A stretch of 64,000 nt of DNA from an uncultured Bacteroidales bacterium. Its GTDB lineage: Bacteria > Bacteroidota > Bacteroidia > Bacteroidales > JAGOPY01. The notes below the pieces were generated by a model. It ran no database searches. It was not told the DNA's origin and worked only from the letters and a program-made list of their open reading frames with translations. This document shows positions 50,783 to 59,641 of the stretch, in pieces; positions within the stretch are counted from its first letter, which is position 1; each line of letters starts with the position of its first letter. The stretch is taken from assembly GCA_964567785.1 (NCBI GenBank), contig CAZMOK010000003.1, positions 23,437-87,436 on the forward strand, written 5' to 3'. Made by a program: the position numbers and the translations under genes.

Positions 50783-50914
50783 AGATTTTTTGATTTTACT
50801 ATTAGCCCTTGGCGGATTTCAGGTTGCTAAGTTAAACATTCCAGGAATTTGTTTGTTCGAAATGCTCCTCTGATTTTAATTACCAATGAACGCCTTTAAG
50901 CCTGTATCCGTATC

Positions 50915-51013
50915 CATCCCCCCGGGTACCCTCCCTACCGGCTTTGCTTCACTGAAGCTTCGCGAAAGCAATTTAGGGAGGCGGGAAGTGCGATAGCAAG
51001 GGGGGAGGGTAAC
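50915..51013. other. GC-rich nested-stem element in an otherwise AT-rich 694-bp intergenic region
   Basis: TACCCTCCC (50927-50935) pairs with GGGAGGGTA (51003-51011). This outer stem encloses GCTTC-ACT-GAAGC (50946-50958) and the competing GCTT-CGCGA-AAGC (50957-50969). Confidence 0.4.
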
Positions 51014-51476
51014 AAATCCGCTAAAACCCCATATTCCGTTTTACTTCACACTTCACGCTTCCAGTTGTTTTCATTGTTCATTGTTAATTACCCTAACACC
51101 CATATTTGTGTAAGCGCTTACTTCACTGTTTTTTATACAATGTTGTAGGTTCGTGTTTGATAAAGTCATTTAATATGATATTCCTTTTAATATATGTCAG
51201 CAGGTTTTTTCCTTCATTTTTAACAACTTCCAGATAAATTATTAAATCCTTAAGACCATAATTCCATTTGAAACTGCTTTATTTCTTATTAATCTTAATT
51301 CACCGCTGATTTTTAATTGTTGGATGGTTCGGTAATTAGAAACAAAAGATTTTATGTCCAGGTTTTTTATTATATTCTTGCAATTGTTCACGTCAAAACT
51401 CTGCCAGAAATCCGCAAAACACAGCAAGAAAAAGAATTAGGAATTCAAAGAAATAGTGCTGGATCTTTTTCCCGGA

Positions 51477-53177
51477 CTAATTATACAGATTATGAGCACG
51501 GGGAGCCATATTTTCAGATTCAACAACAGGATCATTTTTATCAGATGGTTTATCTGATTCATGTTTTGCCAGAAGGTTTTTAAAATATTTAACGACAGGC
51601 CCGAAATCCGGACCTTTTCCCCTCAGGGCAATGTAACCGTCAGGCCTGGCCAGAAAGTAGGTTGACTTGCGGATGTGTAACTTACGAAACAGCTCCTTTG
51701 TCTCTTTGGAGTGTGAAACTGCTTCAAATTGCATGGGGAAAGTGAACCCGTCTAGTTGTGATCGCAAAGCTTCTTCGGCCTCTTGCCGATCTGGTTCGCC
51801 TGTCCGGAAAAATACAAGGGTGAACTTCCTGCATTCCAGCAATTCATGTGTATCTTTCAAATTCCCGTTTTCATCAGTCCATTCGATAAAAGGAAATCTT
51901 TTTCCTGTCCACGATGTTGCCCTTCCATAGTGTACTCCGGTCTGTGATATCCTTCTGAAGAATGCCCGTTGAAGTGATCGTGACGCCAAAAGAGAATTGA
52001 AAAGTTTGAACGACCAGGGAATTAGATGGTTGCGGACCAGCTTGCTTGTGAAATCTTTTCTTATTGCCAGGGAGAAGTACCTGTCTGTACTCTGGATCAG
52101 CTTTTCAGCAACAGGCTTTCTTTCCAACGTATAAGTTTGTAACAGGCTTTCAGATGCCCCGTGCTTTAAAACATATGCCATCTTCCAGGCCAGGTTACAG
52201 GAATCCTGTAACCCGGTATTCATACCCTGAGCACCAATAGGGGTATGTACATGTGCAGCGTCCCCGACCAGGAAGCACCTGCCGCTGTTAAAAGTTGATG
52301 CCAGGTAGGTGTTTGGAAAGAAAACCGAAAACCAATCGGGGTTTTTCAAGACTACATTCATTTTCAACCTCACTGCAAGGCCCCGGGTAGCATCTTCAAA
52401 ATCAAATTCCCTTTTACCGGCTTTCTCATTAGGGATCAAACTGTCGATGCGCCAGCTTGTACCTTCCAGCGGGAAGAATCCCGCAATGCTTTTTTTCGAT
52501 ATGCTGAAGATGATATCGTTACCGGGTTTACCGATTGAAGCTGTGCCTGCCATCTCTTCAACACCTGGGTATTTATTAACGAGGCAATCAGTGACAAACA
52601 GGGGGATAGGATCTCTCGTTCCTTCCCAATGGATCCCAAGGCTTGTCCTTACATCACTATGGATCCCATCAGCCCCGATCAAATAACGTGCTTTCAGAGT
52701 TTCCTTTTTCCCGTTTGCCCTGGTGAAGGCAGCAGTTACAAATTGTGATTCCTGGCTGAATTGCGCTAGCCGTGTGCCCCTTTCAACCTGAATGCCACGC
52801 TCTTCAAGGAAACCGGAGAGCAACTTCCTGGTATGCGTTTGTTTCAGCATGAAAATGTATGGAAACCTGCTAATCCCCGAACCCATATTTGCTACACTGA
52901 TATCTCCTGTTTTTCTGCCTTCATGGATCACGCTGATCTTTTCAACCACCTTCCCATTTTGCAAGACTTTATGAGCCATTCCCATCTGGTCGAATATCTC
53001 CATTGTGCGGGCCTGGATGAGAAGGGCGCCTGAAAACTTATGGTTCTCTTCTGTCTTCTCAATGATCCTGAAGCTGATATTGTGGAGTGCAAGCTGGCAG
53101 GCCATCATAAGTCCGGCAGGCCCGGCGCCCACGATCAATACATCTGTAATCTTTGGCTTGTCAGAATTTTCAATCAT
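51477..53177 (-). CDS. FAD-dependent aromatic-ring monooxygenase (PheA/TfdB-like, with C-terminal thioredoxin-like domain)
   Basis: The motifs are DVLIVGAGPAGLMMA, GADGIHSDVR and GDAAHVHTPIGAQGMNTGLQD. Confidence 0.88.
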   Translation of the reverse strand: MIENSDKPKITDVLIVGAGPAGLMMACQLALHNISFRIIEKTEENHKFSGALLIQARTMEIFDQMGMAHKVLQNGKVVEKISVIHEGRKTGDISVANMGSGISRFPYIFMLKQTHTRKLLSGFLEERGIQVERGTRLAQFSQESQFVTAAFTRANGKKETLKARYLIGADGIHSDVRTSLGIHWEGTRDPIPLFVTDCLVNKYPGVEEMAGTASIGKPGNDIIFSISKKSIAGFFPLEGTSWRIDSLIPNEKAGKREFDFEDATRGLAVRLKMNVVLKNPDWFSVFFPNTYLASTFNSGRCFLVGDAAHVHTPIGAQGMNTGLQDSCNLAWKMAYVLKHGASESLLQTYTLERKPVAEKLIQSTDRYFSLAIRKDFTSKLVRNHLIPWSFKLFNSLLASRSLQRAFFRRISQTGVHYGRATSWTGKRFPFIEWTDENGNLKDTHELLECRKFTLVFFRTGEPDRQEAEEALRSQLDGFTFPMQFEAVSHSKETKELFRKLHIRKSTYFLARPDGYIALRGKGPDFGPVVKYFKNLLAKHESDKPSDKNDPVVESENMAPRAHNLYN

Positions 53178-53899
53178 TATCTGCTGTGTGTGCTGTTCGA
53201 TCGACCGGTAAGGATAAACCGGAATCCCATTGCAGTTCTCAGATCATAATCCGGTACTTCAGCCTCCGCCAGTAAATCCTTGATCTCATTTATCCTGAAT
53301 CCCTTCAGGACAGATACAGGCCCGTCATGCCTTGCCAGTGATGTTCCGTTTCCCAGCCGGGTCAGGATTATGGAACCATAATATGCTAACCGGTTGCGTA
53401 AAATGTCACTGATCACGAATCCATGCCTTGAATGTTCTTTAAAATGTAAGAAAAGCTCAAGCAGATCTTGGTTTTCCAGATGGTGGGCAAACAACGAACA
53501 GTGATAAACATCCACCTCCTCATTCGCCGAAAGGTACTCCTTGTAGGATGTATCTATTCCATCTATCTCGGGATAATCCTTACAGTACTCCCGGAGATAG
53601 GCTATGATATCGGGGTTATTGTCTATCCCGGTAAACCTTGCAGGGATTTGCTTATTCCTGGCCCACTTTGCCATATATTTTAATGTATCGCCGCTGCCAC
53701 AGCCCAGGTCAACTACATGTAACGGATCATTGCCGGCAGGCAGGAGCCTGTCCAAAGCCCTGATACTGAGTTGATGGCCGAAAGTTTTCCGGTTCAGGAA
53801 ATCCAGTTCCCGAAGGTTTCTGTAAAGCAGGTCCCTGGGTACATCAGGATTGTCCATCAGTTCAGGCTGGTATGACCGGTCAGTAAATTTACTTGCCAT
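53177..53899 (-). CDS. class I SAM-dependent methyltransferase
   Basis: Motif I is VVDLGCGSGDTL. Size is 240 aa. It overlaps both neighbouring genes. Confidence 0.85.
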   Translation of the reverse strand: MASKFTDRSYQPELMDNPDVPRDLLYRNLRELDFLNRKTFGHQLSIRALDRLLPAGNDPLHVVDLGCGSGDTLKYMAKWARNKQIPARFTGIDNNPDIIAYLREYCKDYPEIDGIDTSYKEYLSANEEVDVYHCSLFAHHLENQDLLELFLHFKEHSRHGFVISDILRNRLAYYGSIILTRLGNGTSLARHDGPVSVLKGFRINEIKDLLAEAEVPDYDLRTAMGFRFILTGRSNSTHSR

Positions 53900-54971
53900 A
53901 TGAAAGTAGGGAAGTCTCTATGCTCAGTCCGGGCCCGAAGCCCACGCTGAAAATCTTTTCACCATCCCGGCCCGGGGATTCAAGAAATCTTTTCAGGACA
54001 AATAATATGGTTGGTGACGACATGTTACCGTAATCCCTCAGAACGCCATAGGAGTTTCCCAGCAATTCTTTGTCGATCTTAAGGTTATGGCTTACCTCGT
54101 CAAGTATTTTCTTTCCTCCGGGGTGTATGGCCCAATGGCTGATGTCGTTTTTTGCGATTGCATAATGTGCCGCAGCTTTTTCCAGGATCCGGTTAACCTC
54201 CTTGCCGATAAAAACAGGTACCCGGGTGTTCAGTATCATCTCGAAACTGAGGGGGTTGATATCCCATCCCATCAGGTCCCAGCCCTCGTGGAGCAGAAGG
54301 GAATAGAAACCTTCAATGGTGAGGCCCGGGAAGGGTGCTTTATCCGACATCAGCAGAACCGAGGCGGCCCCGTCACTGAACAGCGTGTTGGACAGCAGGT
54401 TGTCGGTGTTGCCTTTTGGCTGAAAATGCAGCGTGCAAAGTTCAACTGAAACTATCAATACTTTAGCTGTCGGGTCGTTATTTATGATAAGGTCTGCTAT
54501 CTTCAGAGCATAGAATGCCGCGTTGCACCCAAGGAAATTTACCGCTGTGTGGGATATGTCCTCACGCAATCCAAGCTCCCTGATCACTTCTGCTGAAAGC
54601 CCGGGGGCATGCAGTCCTGTGCAGGTCACCGTAATAAGGTGTGTGATCTCATCGATCGCTGTACCGCTTGGCTCCAGCGTATTTTTTATTGATTCCAGCG
54701 CAAGCCCGGGCGCATTCTCTTTATATTGGCCCATGCGGTCCTCAACATCCGGCTGGGTTTCCCGGTGCCTGAAAAAGACCGGTTGGAAGTCCATGCCAAA
54801 ATCAGGCACCACAGAGTAGCGTTTTTCAATACCGCTCTGGTGTGCCAGCACCCTGAGTTTCCTGAAATCAGTCTTGTCTGAATAGGCTTGCTCCATAAAG
54901 TCAAGGATCTCCGACTGACTGGCTGAGTATTGCGGGGATGCAGTCCCTATGGATATGATTTTCGAAGGCAT
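53889..54971 (-). CDS. type III polyketide synthase (chalcone/stilbene synthase family)
   Basis: The catalytic Cys/His/Asn contexts are TVTCTGLHAPG, WAIHPGGKKILD and GNMSSPTILFVL. The C-terminal FGPGLSIE is present. Confidence 0.92.
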   Translation of the reverse strand: MPSKIISIGTASPQYSASQSEILDFMEQAYSDKTDFRKLRVLAHQSGIEKRYSVVPDFGMDFQPVFFRHRETQPDVEDRMGQYKENAPGLALESIKNTLEPSGTAIDEITHLITVTCTGLHAPGLSAEVIRELGLREDISHTAVNFLGCNAAFYALKIADLIINNDPTAKVLIVSVELCTLHFQPKGNTDNLLSNTLFSDGAASVLLMSDKAPFPGLTIEGFYSLLLHEGWDLMGWDINPLSFEMILNTRVPVFIGKEVNRILEKAAAHYAIAKNDISHWAIHPGGKKILDEVSHNLKIDKELLGNSYGVLRDYGNMSSPTILFVLKRFLESPGRDGEKIFSVGFGPGLSIETSLLSYGK

Positions 54972-54972
54972 A

Positions 54973-55878
54973 TTAAACTCCCTGTAGTGTATTGATTATA
55001 ACTAATATCAAAAAGTAAATGTTCATGCTTGCCGATGAGATCAGGTTCATCGACATGGTATTCCGGAAGTTTGCCTGCCCGGTATCCTTCCTGACTTTCG
55101 CAAACCATGCAGACATCCTTAAGCCCATTACAATGATGAACGGCACGAAAAGCCAGATGGCAAAGAGCATCGTGTTGCTCCAGAAATAATAAGCCATAAG
55201 GACTGTCCCTATTGCAAAGAGTATTCCCGAAAATATAAAAGTGCCGTTATAACCCAGCTTGTAACTTAAGCTGATCACCCCGTCATTCTTATCACTCTCA
55301 TGCTGATAGATCTGGGTGAGGGGATAAACGCTTCCGATAAACATGCTGGATATGACCATACAAAGGATACCGGATGGGTTGAAGAGCTCTGCCAATGGTT
55401 TTCCTGTGATTGCCAGGGATGATGTCAGGAAGATGAAACCTCCCTGGAAAATAAAAACGATAGCAAAAGCCAGGACCGGGTACTTTTTGAATCGAAGGCC
55501 ACGGTAACTGTACGCTCTTGACATAATGATAAAGACCAGGACCAGGCCCGAAAAAACAGGTGAAATAAGGAATCCAAGCAGCACTGCCAGCAAATCGAAG
55601 GTAATAGTCGTATAATACAGATTACGCGTTACAGAAGGCGGGTCTTTCAATCCCCCTATGCTGGTTTCGTCCTTGTCCTGGTAGCTGTTGTAACCATTGC
55701 TTGAGGGGAAGACCAGTAGATGCAGGATGATAAATGCAAGCATTGCATCGAACCAGATAATAGTATCTGCCTGGCTTAAGGCAAACATAAAGACCGGTAA
55801 CAGGAAAAACGAAAAGGGAAACCTCAGGTGTTTTACTGTACTCAAATCAGGGATGAAATATGATCTTGAACTGCCCAT
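54973..55878 (-). CDS. UbiA-superfamily aromatic prenyltransferase
   Basis: It has about eight or nine TM helices and the Asp-rich motifs NGYNSYQDKD and QHESDKNDG. Confidence 0.85.
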   Translation of the reverse strand: MGSSRSYFIPDLSTVKHLRFPFSFFLLPVFMFALSQADTIIWFDAMLAFIILHLLVFPSSNGYNSYQDKDETSIGGLKDPPSVTRNLYYTTITFDLLAVLLGFLISPVFSGLVLVFIIMSRAYSYRGLRFKKYPVLAFAIVFIFQGGFIFLTSSLAITGKPLAELFNPSGILCMVISSMFIGSVYPLTQIYQHESDKNDGVISLSYKLGYNGTFIFSGILFAIGTVLMAYYFWSNTMLFAIWLFVPFIIVMGLRMSAWFAKVRKDTGQANFRNTMSMNLISSASMNIYFLILVIINTLQGV

Positions 55879-55954
55879 CTCTTAAAGCGCTATCATTGAA
55901 ACAGATGCCGGCGCATAAAGTTCATAAACAGGATGTCAGAGTGAAAACATGATC

Positions 55955-56503
55955 TCACCGGGGATTGCTGGTTTCCAATACACAGATAATTTCCAGCTCT
56001 ACTGTTTTGCCAACCAGGAATCCACCCGAAGGACCCACACCGTAGTCTGTCCGGTTGATTTCGAGGGAGCCCTTAAGCCTGTTATCCTGCACAACAAATG
56101 GTATGGTCACTTCCCTGCTGACCCCTTTTAGAATCAAGGTCCCTGTGGTTAGAAAACCTTCATCAGTTTTAATGATATCATCAGAACTGAAACAAATACC
56201 GGGATATTTTTCAACGTTGAAGTAGTCTTCTTCAAGCAATTCCTCGTCCCTTGCCGAAATGCCGGAGTTTATAGTAGCAGGGTCGATGCATACCCGGAAA
56301 GAGCTTTTGCTCATATCCTCCGGATCGAAAACTACTGAACCTTCAAACCCTTTAATAGTCCCATCGACCATGTTTATGCCCAGATTGGATATTTCAAAAG
56401 TCACTAAAGAGCTGTTTTTATTAATATCCTGGGAAGTACCTCGAAACGGATTTGAAAGTGCTATTATCAAAACCAATATGAAGTGATGAATACTTATTTT
56501 CAT
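55955..56503 (-). CDS. YceI family (polyisoprenoid/lipid-binding) periplasmic protein
   Basis: A signal peptide is followed by the YceI pattern: SSLVTFEISNLGINMVDGTIKGFEGSVVFD, ISARDEELL, YFNVEKYP, GTLILKGVSREV and INRTDYGVG. Confidence 0.85.
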   Translation of the reverse strand: MKISIHHFILVLIIALSNPFRGTSQDINKNSSLVTFEISNLGINMVDGTIKGFEGSVVFDPEDMSKSSFRVCIDPATINSGISARDEELLEEDYFNVEKYPGICFSSDDIIKTDEGFLTTGTLILKGVSREVTIPFVVQDNRLKGSLEINRTDYGVGPSGGFLVGKTVELEIICVLETSNPR

Positions 56504-56861
56504 TTGTCAGGATGCTAACTGGTTTCCTATAAACAAAAAAAACCTATTATAGTTCTCTGAAACAGATAATTAAGTTTCTACGCACAATTTGGATCTGTAC
56601 CGGTTATTGTTCGATGTTACTTCTTATGCCCATGCAAAAACGGATTTTTGCGGGAAGTGCTGATCACAACATGTTATTTAGGCTTGAAAGTCTGAACTGG
56701 GTAAGGATTGCCCTGTCACTTTGCAAAGGCCATATTACGTTTTCCTGGATATAAGTATCATAATATCAACCACTTAAAGAGACCGAAAAAATAATTCCGT
56801 TAAATTTACTTTTTTTGTTTTTTTAACACCAGCGCGGTGAACGGAAAATCAGAGTTTTTAA

Positions 56862-57019
56862 CTCCAGGGAGCGAAGTCCGGAGACTTTGCTCCCCGGGGG
56901 ATTTTCGCGATTAACCTTAGCGGCCAGTGGCGCTTCCGCCGGTGGGGACTGTTGGCTGGCAGTGTGGCTAACGCACACTCATCACTGAGCGAATAAACCC
57001 GGCAAGGAAGTAACTTCCA
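56862..57019 (-). other. cluster of four GC-rich hairpins between the propeller-protein stop and yceI
   Basis: There is a 12-bp stem at 56867-56878/56883-56894 with one G-U and a UCCG loop on the minus strand, extendable to 56862-56899. Further hairpins lie at 56924-56945, 56961-56979 and 57007-57019. Confidence 0.5.
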
Positions 57020-57033
57020 GATATGGTGAAAAT

Positions 57034-58824
57034 CTATCTTATGGTATAAAACTTCAGAATCGAGTCCTTTTTGTCATCTGCACGAAGAAAATGATCAAGC
57101 TCGGGTGAAAATATTGTCATATCAGCGATTTCTATCTCATCCACCATTTTCTGATCTTGGATATTAATGGCAAATATGTTTCCGGATTTAAATACATTGC
57201 CTTCAGTGATAACCAGTATGTATTCAGGCGTCCATAATGCCCTGTTAACTGATTTGATTTTGACTCGATTTTCGAAATTCCCATCGCGATCATAAAATGC
57301 CACACCTTCTGAACCAACCATTATTAGGCCATCAGGTAAAAGATCCATAGCCTTCAATTCTCCAACCTTTGCTTTCTTGGTTTTGACCGCTTTTGCTTCG
57401 GTGAGGTCATTCTTATTCAGGAAGTGCAACCTTTTTTTACCGTTATGAATGACGTATTTTTCGCTAATGAAAAGCCATGGCTTTCTTTCATCCACCATAA
57501 GATTCTGCTTGATTTTAACCGGCCCGGCGGTCACTTCTCCTGATTTTTTGCTCAAATTCATAAAGAAATTTTTGCCTATCCCAAATTGCTTAATCACTAT
57601 ATTATTTTCTGATAGCCCGCAGATTTCAATTTCGGAATCCATCATATCACTCTTCCATAATTGTTTACCTGACTTAATGTTGTAAGCACTTACCCACTTC
57701 TCTTTGGTATCACCTGAACTTCTGCTGTAGTAAAAGTTTTCTTTGTCAAACCACGCGTTAGATGGATATATAAAGTCTTTTTCTGCTTTAACTGCCTTGA
57801 TTTGAGTACTTTCCTCATATTCGTCTTTTGGGATTACTTCATAAAGCATCTCATCTGTCCCAAGATCATAAGCTTCGATGCCGAAGCCATCAATAAGGTA
57901 CATATTATCAATAAAGCTGATTTGATTTTCTGTAAAGTCCCCTTTGTAGTCTACCATTGCTATTTCTTCACCGCTTTCTAGATCAAGCCTGACCAGGTAG
58001 CTTTCACTTTTTAAGAAAAAGTTTGGGCTGTAGTTGGAAAGAAAGACATCATCATGCCCGGGTATCATTGTAACCTCTCCAATTTTCAATGGCCTTTCAT
58101 CATAGTTCCATTCTTCTTCACCAGTCATTTTATTAATACTGCTGATACCGTCCTTATGGGTTAACAGAAAACAATCTGTACCTGGCATCGGTGAAATAAA
58201 CGCTTTTGCCCGGACATTCCCCGTACCTTCCCTACTATGCATATCGGAATGAATCGACCGGAAAGCCTCTGCTCCCATAATACTTGCCATAGACAGGGAC
58301 TCATTTGCCACAGCCGTAAGTGCAGAAGCTGCCAGAACAGCAGCCAATTGACCATCTTTACCGGGAGTGTAGCGATAGCCGGTTTGCTCCCATATTTTCT
58401 CACCCGTAGATAGATCATATCCCAGTACAATATTGTTATCCAGGTTCCAATCCAGCACGATCATAATATTATCATCCTCAAACATCCAGAATGCTGAACC
58501 TTCATCCAACTTAATATTTTCTAACATTGAACCGATCTTACCCCCAAAAATATCCGCTCCAAGACCTGCCTTCGTGTTTGCCTTGGGAATGCAATCATAG
58601 GTGAAAATTTCCCGGCCTGCGTCATCTATTAATTTTACATATTCCTCCGTGGCTATAACCAAATATTTTCCGGATGGAGTAATGGAAAATTCAGCTGTGA
58701 CGCCATCCAAAAATTTCATAAATGATCTATCAATTTCATGCTCGAATACCTTATCAAATTTTTGAGAATGTACCAAACCAGAAATTAAGAAAAAAAGCAA
58801 AAGCAAAAAGTTTTTTTTCTTCAT
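57034..58824 (-). CDS. secreted beta-propeller-like repeat protein (PQQ/BamB-like G-x-x-x-W repeats)
   Basis: It has the signal peptide MKKKNFLLLLFFLISGLVHSQ. Recurrent motifs are DLSTGEKIWEQ, NKMTGEEEWNY and NIKSGKQLWKS. Confidence 0.6.
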   Translation of the reverse strand: MKKKNFLLLLFFLISGLVHSQKFDKVFEHEIDRSFMKFLDGVTAEFSITPSGKYLVIATEEYVKLIDDAGREIFTYDCIPKANTKAGLGADIFGGKIGSMLENIKLDEGSAFWMFEDDNIMIVLDWNLDNNIVLGYDLSTGEKIWEQTGYRYTPGKDGQLAAVLAASALTAVANESLSMASIMGAEAFRSIHSDMHSREGTGNVRAKAFISPMPGTDCFLLTHKDGISSINKMTGEEEWNYDERPLKIGEVTMIPGHDDVFLSNYSPNFFLKSESYLVRLDLESGEEIAMVDYKGDFTENQISFIDNMYLIDGFGIEAYDLGTDEMLYEVIPKDEYEESTQIKAVKAEKDFIYPSNAWFDKENFYYSRSSGDTKEKWVSAYNIKSGKQLWKSDMMDSEIEICGLSENNIVIKQFGIGKNFFMNLSKKSGEVTAGPVKIKQNLMVDERKPWLFISEKYVIHNGKKRLHFLNKNDLTEAKAVKTKKAKVGELKAMDLLPDGLIMVGSEGVAFYDRDGNFENRVKIKSVNRALWTPEYILVITEGNVFKSGNIFAINIQDQKMVDEIEIADMTIFSPELDHFLRADDKKDSILKFYTIR

Positions 58825-59641
58825 TATTATTTAAATTTTGATGTTAGTTTGATTTAACAGTGATTACAAATAACTGCCATCTGTGAGTTGTCGTTGCGGA
58901 TATCGAAAAGTGTCGGTCTCCGGCAGAATATTGCTGTCAAAAAAAAAGCGGAAAGCCTCACCGCACGAACCCCGCAATACTATTTACAACTGATTTTGTG
59001 CTGCTATTAAGATTTTTGTTTTACTAAATGCTTTAATTAAGAAATAGATATAATTTTTGACATCCCAGATGTTCCAACAATTTCTAAAATCAAATTGTTT
59101 AGTCCATTTTTCTGCCAATGTGTCATCCATATCACATTATTTTCAATAGCGGGGTTAAATGAAACTTCCCCTGTTTTCTTTTTGGCGGCTTGGGGCTATG
59201 GTTTGTGCCGTATTATTATTTCTGTTTTCTTGATACGCACCATCTTTAAATTTTTAATACTCTTGATTAATAAGCACTATAAGCGGGATGGGCTGAAGGG
59301 CTCTTTATTCGCAATGATAATTTTCATTGGGGCTCATCAGCCCGGTTCTGCCTTATTTGGCACAATGTGGTTTTAGCGCTGGCTTTGCGGGTTTTGCTCC
59401 GGATAAAACTATTGGGATGCCTTGCAGCGAATGGCGGTATATGTTTGGTTTTTTACAAACATTTTATTCATCCCTGTTTTGAGAAATCTTTTTCCAGATG
59501 CTTTATCTCTATTATGTGAATTAAATATTGCCAGGTTTTTTTGAGACCCGGTTAATGCACTATACAGGATAGGATCAAATTTTATTATTTGTTTCAGGCA
59601 GGCATCCGGCTTTCTGAGCAGATATTGTTTGATGGCTTATT

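Noticed and set aside
50915-51013. SRP (4.5S) RNA or a known riboswitch as the identity of the GC-rich nested-stem element.
   Set aside because: It has a GAAGCA string and paired ends. However, I could not find the conserved SRP domain IV layout (GNRA tetraloop flanked by the symmetric and asymmetric loops) or any riboswitch core I know. It is left as an unclassified structure.
51242-51427. 61-aa minus ORF just downstream of the monooxygenase, as a possible sixth cluster gene.
   Set aside because: It has no recognisable motif. It lies in AT-rich DNA and is overlapped by an equally plausible plus-strand ORF (51317-51583). The evidence is insufficient.
56921-56932. CCACTGGCC on the minus strand, reminiscent of the GCCACUG element of cobalamin riboswitches.
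   Set aside because: The other conserved cobalamin-riboswitch elements (the GGUG..AAUCC region and the B12 box AGYCMGGAGACC) are not present around it.
59037-59327. Possible TAG readthrough or recoding, because a 96-codon frame has exactly two in-frame TAGs.
   Set aside because: TAG is used as an ordinary stop in this window (for example hoxH ends AGA TAG at 2878-2880). Pseudogene decay or chance is far more likely.
59095-59376. 93-aa plus-strand hydrophobic ORF in the large hflC-downstream gap.
   Set aside because: It has a TTG start, no RBS or promoter motif that I could see, and a Phe/Ile/Leu-rich composition expected from translating AT-rich DNA. I kept it only as an alternative in the gap finding.
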